Part shown: positions 16,901 to 25,759 of the stretch, in pieces
Position numbering within the stretch: position 1 is the stretch's first letter
How the letters are laid out: each line of letters opens with the position of its first letter
Source of the DNA: an uncultured Candidatus Rokubacteria bacterium
GTDB lineage: Bacteria > Methylomirabilota > Methylomirabilia > Rokubacteriales > CSP1-6
Direction: 5' to 3'
DNA: 64,000 bases
NCBI GenBank assembly: GCA_963743355.1
Contig: CAVUPM010000001.1
Location: 849,736-913,735 of the forward strand
Notes under the pieces: generated by a model
What the model saw: the letters and a program-made list of their open reading frames with translations, nothing else
Told to the model about the DNA's origin: nothing
The model's database searches: none
Program-made: the position numbers and the translations under genes

Positions 16901-19395
16901 CCAATGCGACGTGCGCGTTCCCGCTGCGCGCCAACGTCACCGTGACGCCCAACTATCGAGCCCGTACACTGCTCACGATCGTCAAGGACGGCACCGGCGC
17001 CGGTACGGTCTCCGGGCCCGGCATCAGCTGCGGCGCCGACTGCTCGGAGGCGGCGTTCGACGGCCGCGCGGTAACGCTGCGGGCCACGCCCGCCGTGGGA
17101 TCACGTTTCCTCGACTTCGGCGGCGCCTGCGTGTCGAACACCTCGGCGTGCACCTTCCTGCCGGCCGGGAACAATCAGACCGTCACCGCAACGTTCCAGC
17201 TGATCTCCTACACCGTGACCATGCTGTCCAGGGCCAACGGAGGCGCCGTCTCCACCAACACGCTGCCGGACCCCATCGCCTGTGGCGCCGGCAGCGGCGA
17301 CTGCCTGGCGACGCTCGACTTCGGCACCCAGGTGGTGCTGCAGGCCACGCCCATCACCGGCAGCCGGTTCGTCAACTGGACCGGCACCGTCTGCAACGGC
17401 TCGACGAACGCGACCTGTTCCTTCCGCATCCCGGCCGCCAACGTGTCGGTGTCGCCCAACTTCAAGGACGTCACCGCCCTCACCCTGACCAAGAGCGGCG
17501 CCGGCGGCACGATCGTGTCCACGCCGGCCGGTATCAGCTGCGCCGGCGCGGCGTGCACCACCAGGACGTTCGACTTCGCGCGGGGCATCCTGGTCAGGCT
17601 CACGCCGACGACGGCGGTCGGCTGGAACTTCGACGGGTTCTCCGGCGACTGCTCGGGCGCCACCTGCGCGGTCAACGCGAGCGCGCCGACCGCGCTGGTC
17701 GCCGCCAGCTTCTCGATCCAGCAGCGGCGGCTCACGGTCACCGTGGTCGGCCAGGGCGGCGTGAGCGGCCCCGGCGCTGCCTGTGACACGGGGAGCACGC
17801 CCTGCGCCCTGGACTTCGACTACGGCACCAACCTGACGCTGACCGCCACCGCCGCCGCCGGCCATCGCTTCACCGGCTGGACGCAGAACTGCGCGGGCGT
17901 TCTCGTCTGCAACAACCTCATGACCGTCAACCGCTCGGTCACGGCGACGTTCAAGCCCCAGTTCGGGCTCACGGTCACCAAGCCGGGCAACAGCACCGGC
18001 ACCATCACGGCCGCGGCCAGCCCGGCCGGGATCCCCCCATTCAGTTGCGGTGTCGGCACCAACCTGTGCAGCAGCACCTACCTGGGCGGCCAGGTCGTCA
18101 CGCTGACGCGCAGCGCGCCGATCGTCTCGACGACGTTCCGCTGGGGCGGTGACTGCGCGCTCCGCGGCACCAACGCGACCTGCGCGCTGCCGCTGAACGC
18201 CAACGCCTCGGTGATCGCCGACTACAGCCTGAAGCAGCTCGGCCTCACCGTCGTCAAGGTCGGCGCGCCGCTCGGCACCGTCACCGGCCTGGCGGGCGGG
18301 ATCGCCTGCGGCAGCGACTGCACCGACGTGGTGAACTACGGCACGCTCGTGACGCTGACCGCGATCCCGAACACGCCGCCAAATCCAAACCCCGCATCCG
18401 AGTTCGTGTCGTGGGCGGGCTGTGCGACCGCCGCCACCAACGCGTCGTGCTCCTTCACGATGACCGCGAACAAGACGGTGACGGCCACGTTCCGGCCCCT
18501 CGTGAGCAGCGTCGCCCTGGACACGCTGAGCCCCAGCACGACGCTGGCCGCGGGTGGCGTCCGGCAAGTTTCGGCCACCGCGACGTTCACGGATGACACT
18601 CAGCAGGACGTCACGACTCAGGCAGCGTGGGTCTCGCTGACGCCGACGATCGCCACGGTGAACACCACCGGGCTCGTCACGGGCAAGCTCGCCGGCAACG
18701 CCAGCGTCCGGGCGACGTTCCGGTCGATCCAGAGCGCCCCCATGACGATCCCGGTGGACTCGCTGCAAGCGCTCACCGTATCGTGCGTCCCCTACGGGCA
18801 GGACGGTGGGCTGACCTGCCTGCCGAGCGCTGTGAACTTCAGCGTCCAGTGCGAGGCGCGTGGCAGGTTTCCGAGCACGGGGGTGCAGGACATCGACATC
18901 ACGGACCAGGCCACGTGGGTCTCGAGCCACCCCACGATCGCGCGGTCAACTGGTTTCGTCGGATTCAACGGGCCGATTCGCCAATCGTTCCGGATCGTGG
19001 GGAACGGGACGGCAACCCTGCGGGCCACGCAGAGCGGCAAGACCTCGCCGACGACCGGTGCGCTCGGCACCGATGCCTGGGTCGTGCAGGGCGTGGCATC
19101 GACGGTGACCAGCATCCAGGTCACACCACCGACGGGACAGGTGAGCGTCGGCGCGAATCCGCTGCTATTGAAGGCAACCGCCGCCCTGAGCAGCGTGGCG
19201 CCCGGGTGTACGTCACCGCCCTCGCGTGACTTCTCGACGGTGGTGAGCTGGGAGAGCAGCGACGAGGATCGCGCGGACGTCAGCTTCTTCGGCGAGGTCA
19301 CGGGTCTCGACCCCGGCCCCGTGACCATCACCGCGACCTACGGGAACGGCATCGTGGTCCCTCCCGACACCGCCTCCATCACCGTTGCGCCGTAG
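13972..19395 (+). CDS. Large secreted surface/adhesin-like protein: beta-propeller-like N-terminus, ~12 Cys-containing InlB-B-like repeats, ~3 Big_2-like domains; sequon-rich
   Basis: Signal peptide ending ..LADA; repeated xxRWNG/WTG blades; repeats of type G.V...GI.C...C....GT.V.L.A.P..G..F..W.G.C......C........V.A.F; C-terminal DVT..A.W.S..P.IATV..G.V. Confidence 0.85.
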   Translation: MGGVVGPVLPRVAYVVLILAVLASAGLADAGVTPFWPELGGSGSGTGVSQTPSPKGVFDGSMAVGGDGRPVIVYTEYPDGTSAQGPIIVKRWTGSTWETLGGSGLGPGYEPQVQISSSGSIYVAWLTDDVDGNTEVRLRVRTGSTFDELDDSDSPGGVSGPNGGITPPFSLALNASGNPIVAFLGVAETGILEMTTPAIVDSTFQVYVRRWTGTAWEFVGGGFAGDDGFSGGGASNARSFTSPLGDIIHDADTPSLAVDEHGEPVVAFTYYTSIAGSPVANTDVYVTRWNGSAWVPVGPAVPAADGAIGRGGAGGISASTSGSFNPSLAADATGKLALAWEEEPLSGGVYIWVRTWNGTTWVQLANSAAGGGLTQVDTFNNLPRIAIDTNGRPIVTWAALVAIENPTQIFVRRWNGTNAWDELGFHSARDAGVSDAAVDALAPALALTPPGGTVDAGIPTIAWLDLQEGSFQVFLRQFFSGPSFPLTTRVSGSGTLTSDPIGVECSTNACAASFPSGTSVTLLPEAGSGSAFTGWAGGCTGSGPCSVAMTAARSVNASFVGVRGLTLAVAVPAGTPVQGTVGSVVGPAGTCLFGGSAACVSDVLHGTRVILQATPPAGNRFLNWTGGPCNGRTNATCDFVMNANVSTTALFRAVTGVAVVKVGNGVGTVTGTGISCGTDCFQEVFTGTSVTLTPVAATGSSFLGWTGDVCNGQVAGACVVPTVGQLNRSVTATFQLKRHALAVTAASTGAAVGFATSSPAGINCGGPDHTQCSVDYNYGTTVVLTPSPGADSKLTSWTGCTSLNGSVCNVLLTANRTVTARFGEARTLDVQASGNGSGRIVSATAPGLTCVSNCSVSQLYAVNTSVILTPQAAVGTTFQWVGGICSGKASCTALMSQNRTATGQFTLNRHSLAVFNRPSGSVVNLPPLPGGTINCGSGISVCAGVFDYGTPVTLRAAPNDGFIFVNWTGVTCAGGATNATCAFPLRANVTVTPNYRARTLLTIVKDGTGAGTVSGPGISCGADCSEAAFDGRAVTLRATPAVGSRFLDFGGACVSNTSACTFLPAGNNQTVTATFQLISYTVTMLSRANGGAVSTNTLPDPIACGAGSGDCLATLDFGTQVVLQATPITGSRFVNWTGTVCNGSTNATCSFRIPAANVSVSPNFKDVTALTLTKSGAGGTIVSTPAGISCAGAACTTRTFDFARGILVRLTPTTAVGWNFDGFSGDCSGATCAVNASAPTALVAASFSIQQRRLTVTVVGQGGVSGPGAACDTGSTPCALDFDYGTNLTLTATAAAGHRFTGWTQNCAGVLVCNNLMTVNRSVTATFKPQFGLTVTKPGNSTGTITAAASPAGIPPFSCGVGTNLCSSTYLGGQVVTLTRSAPIVSTTFRWGGDCALRGTNATCALPLNANASVIADYSLKQLGLTVVKVGAPLGTVTGLAGGIACGSDCTDVVNYGTLVTLTAIPNTPPNPNPASEFVSWAGCATAATNASCSFTMTANKTVTATFRPLVSSVALDTLSPSTTLAAGGVRQVSATATFTDDTQQDVTTQAAWVSLTPTIATVNTTGLVTGKLAGNASVRATFRSIQSAPMTIPVDSLQALTVSCVPYGQDGGLTCLPSAVNFSVQCEARGRFPSTGVQDIDITDQATWVSSHPTIARSTGFVGFNGPIRQSFRIVGNGTATLRATQSGKTSPTTGALGTDAWVVQGVASTVTSIQVTPPTGQVSVGANPLLLKATAALSSVAPGCTSPPSRDFSTVVSWESSDEDRADVSFFGEVTGLDPGPVTITATYGNGIVVPPDTASITVAP

Positions 19396-19429
19396 ACGCC
19401 CCCGGACGTGGAGTAGGATAGGAGCCGCC

Positions 19430-19711
19430 ATGCGCATCGTGATCGCCCTGCTCGTGCTCGGAACCCTGGCCGGCTGCAGCACCAAGTACGATCTCTCCGG
19501 TGCTGGCTGGACGAAGCCCGGCGCGCTGTTCCAGGACACTACCTACGACGAGATGGAGTGCGTCCGCGCCGCCCGCGAGGCCGGGCACACGCCCAACCTC
19601 ATCGTGGGTGGGCTCGCGGACGTCGGCCGGTACTTCGTCGAAGAGCGCCAGCGGAGCGGCGAGTTCCACGGCTGCATGCACACCCGGGGCTACCAGCCGA
19701 GCGGCTCCTAG
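19430..19711 (+). CDS. Small lipoprotein
   Basis: AGGAG RBS; MRIVIALLVLGTLAGC lipobox; W.KPG...D..EC...CM..RGY pattern. Confidence 0.75.
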   Translation: MRIVIALLVLGTLAGCSTKYDLSGAGWTKPGALFQDTTYDEMECVRAAREAGHTPNLIVGGLADVGRYFVEERQRSGEFHGCMHTRGYQPSGS

Positions 19712-20388
19712 CGGCCGCCGGCGAGGACGTCGACACCCGGCAGCGGCTCGTTGCTGACACCGCGGACCAGCAGGGCCACGCCGCCGACCGTCAGCAGGAT
19801 CCCCGGCAGGTCCAGCCGCCGCACCCCCCACAACGCCATCGCCGCCCCGGCGAGTCCCGCGAACAGCCGGGCGCTGGGCGACCGGTTGGTCTGCGGAAGC
19901 TCGAAGACCTCGCCCCCGCGGGGCGGTCGCCGCCGCCCTTGCAGCCCCGGCACGCCACTCGGCTCGTCGTGGATGTCGAGCTGGTTGATGACCTCGCGCA
20001 CGCCCGGCACGCTGCGCACGCGCCGCACGAGCCGGTCGACGTCGTCGGCCAGGACCGGCCCCCGCAAGCTCACGCGCCCGTCGACGACACCGGCCTCGAT
20101 CGCCCCCGCGTGCCCGACGGCCGAGGCGATCCGCGCCCGCACGCGCTCGTGCAGGACCCCGTCGCTGACCTCCACGTTCACCAGCCGGCTGCGCAGCTCG
20201 GCCACGACCCCACGCGCCCGGTTGCCGACGTCGCGCGAGGTGGCATCGACGGCGTCGCCGGTGCGGTGGGCCGCGCGCACGAGCTGATCGCGCACGAGCG
20301 CACGGCGGCCCCGGCCGCGGTCGGGATCGAGCAGGAACATGAGGCCGGCACCGGCCGCCGCCGTCGTCACCAGTCGCAACAGCAGCAT
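19708..20388 (-). CDS. BON-domain membrane protein
   Basis: GAGLMFLLDPDRGRGRRA; D..L.ERVRA...G.V.L.G.V...VPGVREVINQL. Confidence 0.8.
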   Translation of the reverse strand: MLLLRLVTTAAAGAGLMFLLDPDRGRGRRALVRDQLVRAAHRTGDAVDATSRDVGNRARGVVAELRSRLVNVEVSDGVLHERVRARIASAVGHAGAIEAGVVDGRVSLRGPVLADDVDRLVRRVRSVPGVREVINQLDIHDEPSGVPGLQGRRRPPRGGEVFELPQTNRSPSARLFAGLAGAAMALWGVRRLDLPGILLTVGGVALLVRGVSNEPLPGVDVLAGGR

Positions 20389-20391
20389 GGC

Positions 20392-20634
20392 TCAGGCGGC
20401 TTCGGCGCGGTCGCGGACCGACTGCACGCCCGAGTGTCGCGCGCAGTGCGCGCAGCAGAAGACGCGGCCGGACGCCTCCACGCCGTGGCCGACGACCTTG
20501 CAGCCGCAGTGCTCGCATACCGGCGCCAGGCGATGGATGGCGCATTCGAACGAGTCGAAGGTGTGTGTCGCGCCGGCGGCGGTGATCTGAAACGCCTTGT
20601 CGTAATCGTTACCACAGACGTCGCATCGAGGCAT
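20392..20634 (-). CDS. Small Cys-rich prokaryotic metallothionein-like protein
   Basis: CDVCGNDYDKAF..HTFDSFECAIH.LAP.CEHCGC..GHG..FCCAHCA. Confidence 0.8.
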   Translation of the reverse strand: MPRCDVCGNDYDKAFQITAAGATHTFDSFECAIHRLAPVCEHCGCKVVGHGVEASGRVFCCAHCARHSGVQSVRDRAEAA

Positions 20635-20709
20635 GGGCCCGGCCCTCCCTTGTCCTTCTGGCTCCTGCAAGGCGTCCGCCAGCGAGTCGGCACCCCGTAG
20701 AATGCTCCG

Positions 20710-21432
20710 GTGACTCTCGCCTGGGCCGCGAGTGCCCTCGTGATCTTCCTCGCCAGCTTCGTGATGGGCCTGGCCGGCTTCGGTATCGCGCTGGTCGCCA
20801 TGGCGTTCCTGCCATGGCTGATGTCGACGGTGACGGCGATCGTCGTGCTGACCGTCTACGCGTTCGTGTTCTCGATCGTCGTCGTCGTCCAGCTCCGGCG
20901 GGATCTCACCCCGCGTGCGCTCGGGGATCTGTTCATGGGCACCGTGGCCGGCACCCCGATCGGCGTCTGGGTGCTGGCGACGTTGCCGGTCACCGCGCTC
21001 AACCGACTGATCGGGCTCGTGCTGGTGGTCGTGGTCGCGCTGGAGCTGCGCGGCGTGATGCCCCGGCACCTGGAGGGACGCGGGTGGGGCCTCGTCACCG
21101 GCTTCCTCTCGGGCGTGATCGGCGGCGCCGTCGGCACCCCGGGCCCGCCGGTCATCGTGTACGCGACCACGCAGGGCTGGAGCCCGCGCACGATGAAGGC
21201 CAACACGATGGGGTTCTTCGTCGTCAACCAGGGCGTGATCCTGCTCGGCTACTGGTGGGCGGGGCTGCTGACCCCCGAGGTGGCCGGCGTCGCGGCGTCG
21301 TTCGCGCTCCCAGCGCTGGCGGGCGTCGGCGCCGGGGTCGCGCTCTTCGGCCGCCTCGACCCCGTGCGCTTCCGCCGCCTCGTCTTTGCGCTCCTGCTGA
21401 TCTCCGGCCTGGTCCTGCTGATCCGGGGCTGA
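20710..21432 (+). CDS. TauE/SafE sulfite exporter family protein
   Basis: GLAGFG, GTPGPP repeats, ~8 TM. Confidence 0.85.
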   Translation: MTLAWAASALVIFLASFVMGLAGFGIALVAMAFLPWLMSTVTAIVVLTVYAFVFSIVVVVQLRRDLTPRALGDLFMGTVAGTPIGVWVLATLPVTALNRLIGLVLVVVVALELRGVMPRHLEGRGWGLVTGFLSGVIGGAVGTPGPPVIVYATTQGWSPRTMKANTMGFFVVNQGVILLGYWWAGLLTPEVAGVAASFALPALAGVGAGVALFGRLDPVRFRRLVFALLLISGLVLLIRG

Positions 21433-21504
21433 CAATGCCGACGCCGCGGGGTCGACTCGCCACTGGGGGGCAATCGGGGGGAGCCGGGCTCCCCCCGATC
21501 TCGA

Positions 21505-22692
21505 TCAGCTACACGCCTCGAACAAACCCGCCGCGCCCTGGCCGCCACCGATGCACATCGTGACGACGCCGTAGCGCGCCTTGCTGCGCAGCATCTCGTT
21601 GGCGAGGGTGCCGACCATCCGGGAGCCGGTCATGCCGAACGGATGGCCGATCGAGATCGACCCGCCGTTCTTGTTCAGCTTCGCCGGGTCGAGGCCCAGC
21701 CGGTCGCGGCAGTAGACGACCTGGGAGGCGAATGCCTCGTTCAGCTCCCACACGTCGATGTCCTCGACCTTGAGGCCGTGGCGCTTCAGCAGCTTGGGCA
21801 CCGCGAACACGGGGCCGATGCCCATCTCGTCCGGCTCGCAGCCGGCGATGGCGAAGCCGCGGAAGAGCAGCTTGGGCCGGATTCCGAGCGCCTCCGCGCG
21901 GGCGCGCGACATCAGCAGCGTGGCCGAGGCGCCGTCGGAGAGCTGCGAGGAGTTGCCGGCGGTGACGGTGCCCTTCCCGCTCGTCTTGTCGAAGTGGGGC
22001 TGCAGCGAGAGCAGGCCCTCGAGCGTCGTGTCGGCGCGGTTGCACTCGTCCTTGTCGACGTAGTAGTCCTCCTCGCCGACCTTCTCGCCCGTCTTCCGGT
22101 CGAGGACCGCGCGCTTGACCTGCATGGGCGCCATCTCTTCCTTGAAGAAGCCCTCCTGCTGGGCGCGGGCCGTGCGCTGCTGGCTGGACAGCGCGTACTC
22201 GTCCTGGGCCTGGCGGGTGACGTTGTAGCGCTTGGCCACGACCTCGGCGGTGTCGCCCATGACCATGTAGATGCCGGGGAAGTGCTCCTTCACCCATGGA
22301 TTGGGGCTCGAGTCCCGCTGCATCATCGTGATCGACTCCACCCCGCCGCCGATCGCCGCCTCCACGCCCTCGTTGATGATGAGGTGGGCGGCCATGGAGA
22401 TGGCCTGCAGCCCCGACGAGCAGAAGCGGTTGACGGTCGTGCCGGCCACGGTCACCGGCAGACCCGCCCGGATGGCCGCCACCCGCGCGATGTTGTGGCC
22501 CTGCGGCCCGTGCGGCTGGCCGCAGCCCAGGATGACGTCCTCGACCTCTTTACCGTCGAGCTGGGGCGCCTTGCCGAGCACGTCGCGGATCGCGTGGCCG
22601 GCGATATCGTCGGGCCGGGTGATGTTGAAGGAGCCGCGCTGCGACTTGGCCAGGGGCGTGCGGGAACTGGCGACGACGACCGCTTCTCTCAT
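21505..22692 (-). CDS. Acetyl-CoA C-acyltransferase (thiolase)
   Basis: NRFCSSG, NEAF, GHPFG, MCIGGGQG. Confidence 0.95.
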   Translation of the reverse strand: MREAVVVASSRTPLAKSQRGSFNITRPDDIAGHAIRDVLGKAPQLDGKEVEDVILGCGQPHGPQGHNIARVAAIRAGLPVTVAGTTVNRFCSSGLQAISMAAHLIINEGVEAAIGGGVESITMMQRDSSPNPWVKEHFPGIYMVMGDTAEVVAKRYNVTRQAQDEYALSSQQRTARAQQEGFFKEEMAPMQVKRAVLDRKTGEKVGEEDYYVDKDECNRADTTLEGLLSLQPHFDKTSGKGTVTAGNSSQLSDGASATLLMSRARAEALGIRPKLLFRGFAIAGCEPDEMGIGPVFAVPKLLKRHGLKVEDIDVWELNEAFASQVVYCRDRLGLDPAKLNKNGGSISIGHPFGMTGSRMVGTLANEMLRSKARYGVVTMCIGGGQGAAGLFEACS

Positions 22693-22715
22693 GGCTGATC
22701 CTCTCCTCTTGCGGG

Positions 22716-22824
22716 CTAGCCTCGCCCCGCGGCGGGGCTGCGGCGTCGCACTTCCTCGAGTCGGGTGCCCAGATATTGCGGCCCTTTGTGGCGGCAGGCA
22801 AGCCCCGCCGGGGCCGCCGGCTAG
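22716..22824. repeat. Imperfect inverted-repeat element bounded by CTAG
   Basis: CTAGCC..CCCCGCGGCGGGGCT ... AGCCCCGCCGGGG..GGCTAG. Confidence 0.45.
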
Positions 22825-24275
22825 CGCGGCAGGCGCGGGGGCTCGGCGCAGGTGCGCTCGACCTCCTCGACGGTCTTCGGGGTGCCGGCGGTCAGGTTCT
22901 CGATGCCGCCGCCGGTGACGAGGATGTCGTCCTCGATACGGACGCCGATCCCCCGGAACTCCTGCGGGATGGCGTGGGTGACCGTCGTGGCCTTGGCCTT
23001 CTCGTCGTCCTCGAGCTTCTTGGCCGCTGCCACGCCCAGGCGCAGGCGCCGCTCCCACATCTCCTCCTCGCTGTACTCCCGGAGGTGGAACGTCGTGCTC
23101 TCCCGCTCGGGGTCGATGTAGATGCCCGGCTCGACGGTGAAGACCATGCCCGGCTCGAGCGCGCGCGACTGCCGCTGCAACCGGTAGTCGCCGACGTCGT
23201 GGACGTCCATGCCCAGCCAGTGGCCGGTGCCGTGCATGAAGAACTCGCGGTAGTGATGCATGGCCAGCGAGTCGGCGACGCTCCGCGGGAGCAGCTTCAG
23301 GTCGACCAGGCCCTCGGCGATCACGCGGCGGGCGGCGTCGTGGATCGCCTCGTAGGGCACGCCCGGACGGGCCGCGGCGATCGACGCGAGCTGGGCCTGC
23401 AGGACGACCTCGTAGACCGCGCGCTGCGGCCCCGTGAAGCGCCCGTTGACCGGGAAGGTGCGCGTGATGTCGGAGGCGTGGTAGCCGTACTCGCAGCCGG
23501 CGTCGATCAGCAGCAAATCGCCGTCGGCCATCCGCCGCTGGTTCTCGACGTAGTGCAAGATGCACGCGTTCGGTCCCGAGGCGACGATCGAGGGGTAGGC
23601 GTCGCGCGACGAGCCCTCCGAGCGGAAGACGAACTCGACGGCGGCCTGCACCTGGTACTCGTGCATGCCGGGCCGGGCGTAGCGCATCGCCTCGATGTGG
23701 GCGTCGCGGCTGATCTGGCAGGCGCGCCGCTGCCGCGCCAGCTCGGCCGGCGATCGGCGCAGGCGCAGCTCGTGGACGATCGGGCCGGGGTCCTCGATGC
23801 GGACGGGGGTGGCGAACCCGCGGCTGCGGGCGGCCCGCAGCTCCACGGCCAGCCGGATCACCCGCGAGTCGAACGCGGCGTTGCCGAGCCGGTAGAACAC
23901 CGTCGAGCGGTCGATGGCGTACTCGCGCAGCTTGGCGTCGAGCTGGTCGACCGGGTAGGCCACGTCGGCGCCGTAGTGGGCCACCGCGCCCTCCACGCCC
24001 GCCCGGTGACCGGTCCAGATCTCCATCTCGCGATCCCGCGGGCGGACGAACAGGACGTAGCGCTCCTTGGCGTGGGCGGGATTGAACACCGCTACCGCGT
24101 CCGGCTCGTCGAAGCCCGTGAGGAAGAAGAAGTCGGAGCCCTGCCGGAAGGCGTGGTGGACGTCGTTGTTGCGCACGGTCTCGGCGGCCGCCGGGACGAT
24201 GGCCAAACCGTCCCCGATGGCCTCGACGAACCGCCGCCGCCGCTCGATGAACGTCGCGAGATCCTCGTTCGCCAT
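22821..24275 (-). CDS. pepP: Xaa-Pro aminopeptidase
   Basis: FRQGSDFFFLTG, LIDAG..SDITRT, HGTGHWLGMDVHD, EPGIY, GVRIEDD; AAGGAG RBS. Confidence 0.93.
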   Translation of the reverse strand: MANEDLATFIERRRRFVEAIGDGLAIVPAAAETVRNNDVHHAFRQGSDFFFLTGFDEPDAVAVFNPAHAKERYVLFVRPRDREMEIWTGHRAGVEGAVAHYGADVAYPVDQLDAKLREYAIDRSTVFYRLGNAAFDSRVIRLAVELRAARSRGFATPVRIEDPGPIVHELRLRRSPAELARQRRACQISRDAHIEAMRYARPGMHEYQVQAAVEFVFRSEGSSRDAYPSIVASGPNACILHYVENQRRMADGDLLLIDAGCEYGYHASDITRTFPVNGRFTGPQRAVYEVVLQAQLASIAAARPGVPYEAIHDAARRVIAEGLVDLKLLPRSVADSLAMHHYREFFMHGTGHWLGMDVHDVGDYRLQRQSRALEPGMVFTVEPGIYIDPERESTTFHLREYSEEEMWERRLRLGVAAAKKLEDDEKAKATTVTHAIPQEFRGIGVRIEDDILVTGGGIENLTAGTPKTVEEVERTCAEPPRLPR

Positions 24276-24493
24276 GCTCCTTGGTAGCATACCAGGTCAA
24301 ATTCCGCAGGAGTTTAGACGGCGAGCCTTGTCAAAACCCACCCTGAACGCTGCAGGACGCAACACAGCCTTGCGCTCGACAAGTACGTGAGCGCCGAGTA
24401 GCTCTCGCCACACGCCACGCCCGGCGCTGCCTGCCTGGGCGTCGGCATCTCGGGACGTGCGCCCTTCCAGGCGGCGACGCGCCGACCAAGAGA

Positions 24494-25075
24494 TCAGAGA
24501 AGGGCGTCGTGGTAGGACGTGACCAGAACGCACGTGCAGCCGGTCTCGCTCCAGACACGATAGTCGACGCTGCCGGACTCGGCCCGGTTGTAGTCGCCGG
24601 GATAGAGCTTCCGGTCGCCGATCATCAACTCGCCGTGAAGCAGATGCAGCTCTTCAACGCCGCCATGGCGGTGGGGCGGATACTCGGTTCCCGGCGCGAG
24701 GCGCACCAACATGCTGACGCGGTTCTTCTCCGTATCGGTCGCAAGCAGCTTGCAGGAGATCCCCGGCGCCGCCACTTTCCATTCCGGTTCCGCCCATCGC
24801 TGTGGCGCTGGCAACACCGGCTCCCCGCCCGTCTCTGCGGCGATACGCTGCGCGAGACGTTCCCATAGCGGTACCGATGGGCGCAGCACGTCGGTAGGCC
24901 AGGAGACAAAGGAGTCGACGATAGGACGAAGCGTCTCCATCTCCTGCCGGCATTCCGCACACCCGGCGATATGCGCTCCGACGAGGGCCACCTCGCTCGA
25001 AGGAAGGGCCTGCAAGGCGTACAGGAACACCCGTTCGGCGTAGTCCTGACCGTGCTGGTCCGACGCTGGACTCAT
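24494..25075 (-). CDS. ChrR-like anti-sigma factor (HxxxCxxC zinc finger + cupin)
   Basis: HIAGCAEC; LVRLAPG..YPPHRHGGVEE; overlaps the sigma stop codon. Confidence 0.85.
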   Translation of the reverse strand: MSPASDQHGQDYAERVFLYALQALPSSEVALVGAHIAGCAECRQEMETLRPIVDSFVSWPTDVLRPSVPLWERLAQRIAAETGGEPVLPAPQRWAEPEWKVAAPGISCKLLATDTEKNRVSMLVRLAPGTEYPPHRHGGVEELHLLHGELMIGDRKLYPGDYNRAESGSVDYRVWSETGCTCVLVTSYHDALL

Positions 25076-25725
25076 GGTTCGTTCACTGTCTTGGCGAGCG
25101 CCTGTCGGAGTTTCAGCAATCCCGCGCGGACTCGTGTCTTGACGGTTCCGAGCGGCTGATTCAGCCGTGCCGCCACTTCGTCATACGTCAACTCGGAAAA
25201 GAATGCGGTCTCGATCACCTGTCGCTCTTCCGGCCTCAGGAGTGTCAGGGCCTTTCGCAGGAGGCGGCCCTGCTCCTTGAGATCGCAGATCTCATGGGGA
25301 TCACTCGTAGCAGCCACCGGAAGCGGGTCCTCCGCACCCTGGTTGACTCGCTTCTTCCGTTGGTCGAACCGCAACCGATCGATCGCTCTGGATCGCGCCT
25401 GGTTCATGATCCATCCGACAACGGATCCGCCCGCAGCATCGTACGTCGATGCTCGTCGCCACACGTCGTGAAACACGTCTAACGTCAGTTCTTCGGCGGT
25501 TTCCCGGTTGTTGGTGATCCGCACGATCAAGGTAAACACCATTCGATGCATGCGTTCGTACAGCGCATGCAGAGCACGCTGATCGCCCGCGGCGATCGAT
25601 TGAACGAGCCCGACCCATTCCTTCTCGGATACGGGAGTCTTTGCCCTGTCGGCATAGAGCAGATCGCCGAGGGTTCCCCTCGGGCCTTCATGTGGGTCCT
25701 GGCGCGGAGGGCTGGACGAAGGCAC
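25072..25725 (-). CDS. ECF RNA polymerase sigma factor
   Basis: LYERM, AEELT.DVF..VW, ARSRAIDR, PLGTVKTRVR. Confidence 0.9.
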   Translation of the reverse strand: MPSSSPPRQDPHEGPRGTLGDLLYADRAKTPVSEKEWVGLVQSIAAGDQRALHALYERMHRMVFTLIVRITNNRETAEELTLDVFHDVWRRASTYDAAGGSVVGWIMNQARSRAIDRLRFDQRKKRVNQGAEDPLPVAATSDPHEICDLKEQGRLLRKALTLLRPEERQVIETAFFSELTYDEVAARLNQPLGTVKTRVRAGLLKLRQALAKTVNEP

Positions 25726-25759
25726 AACGCAAAATCATGCCGTCATCCGATGGGTGCTG

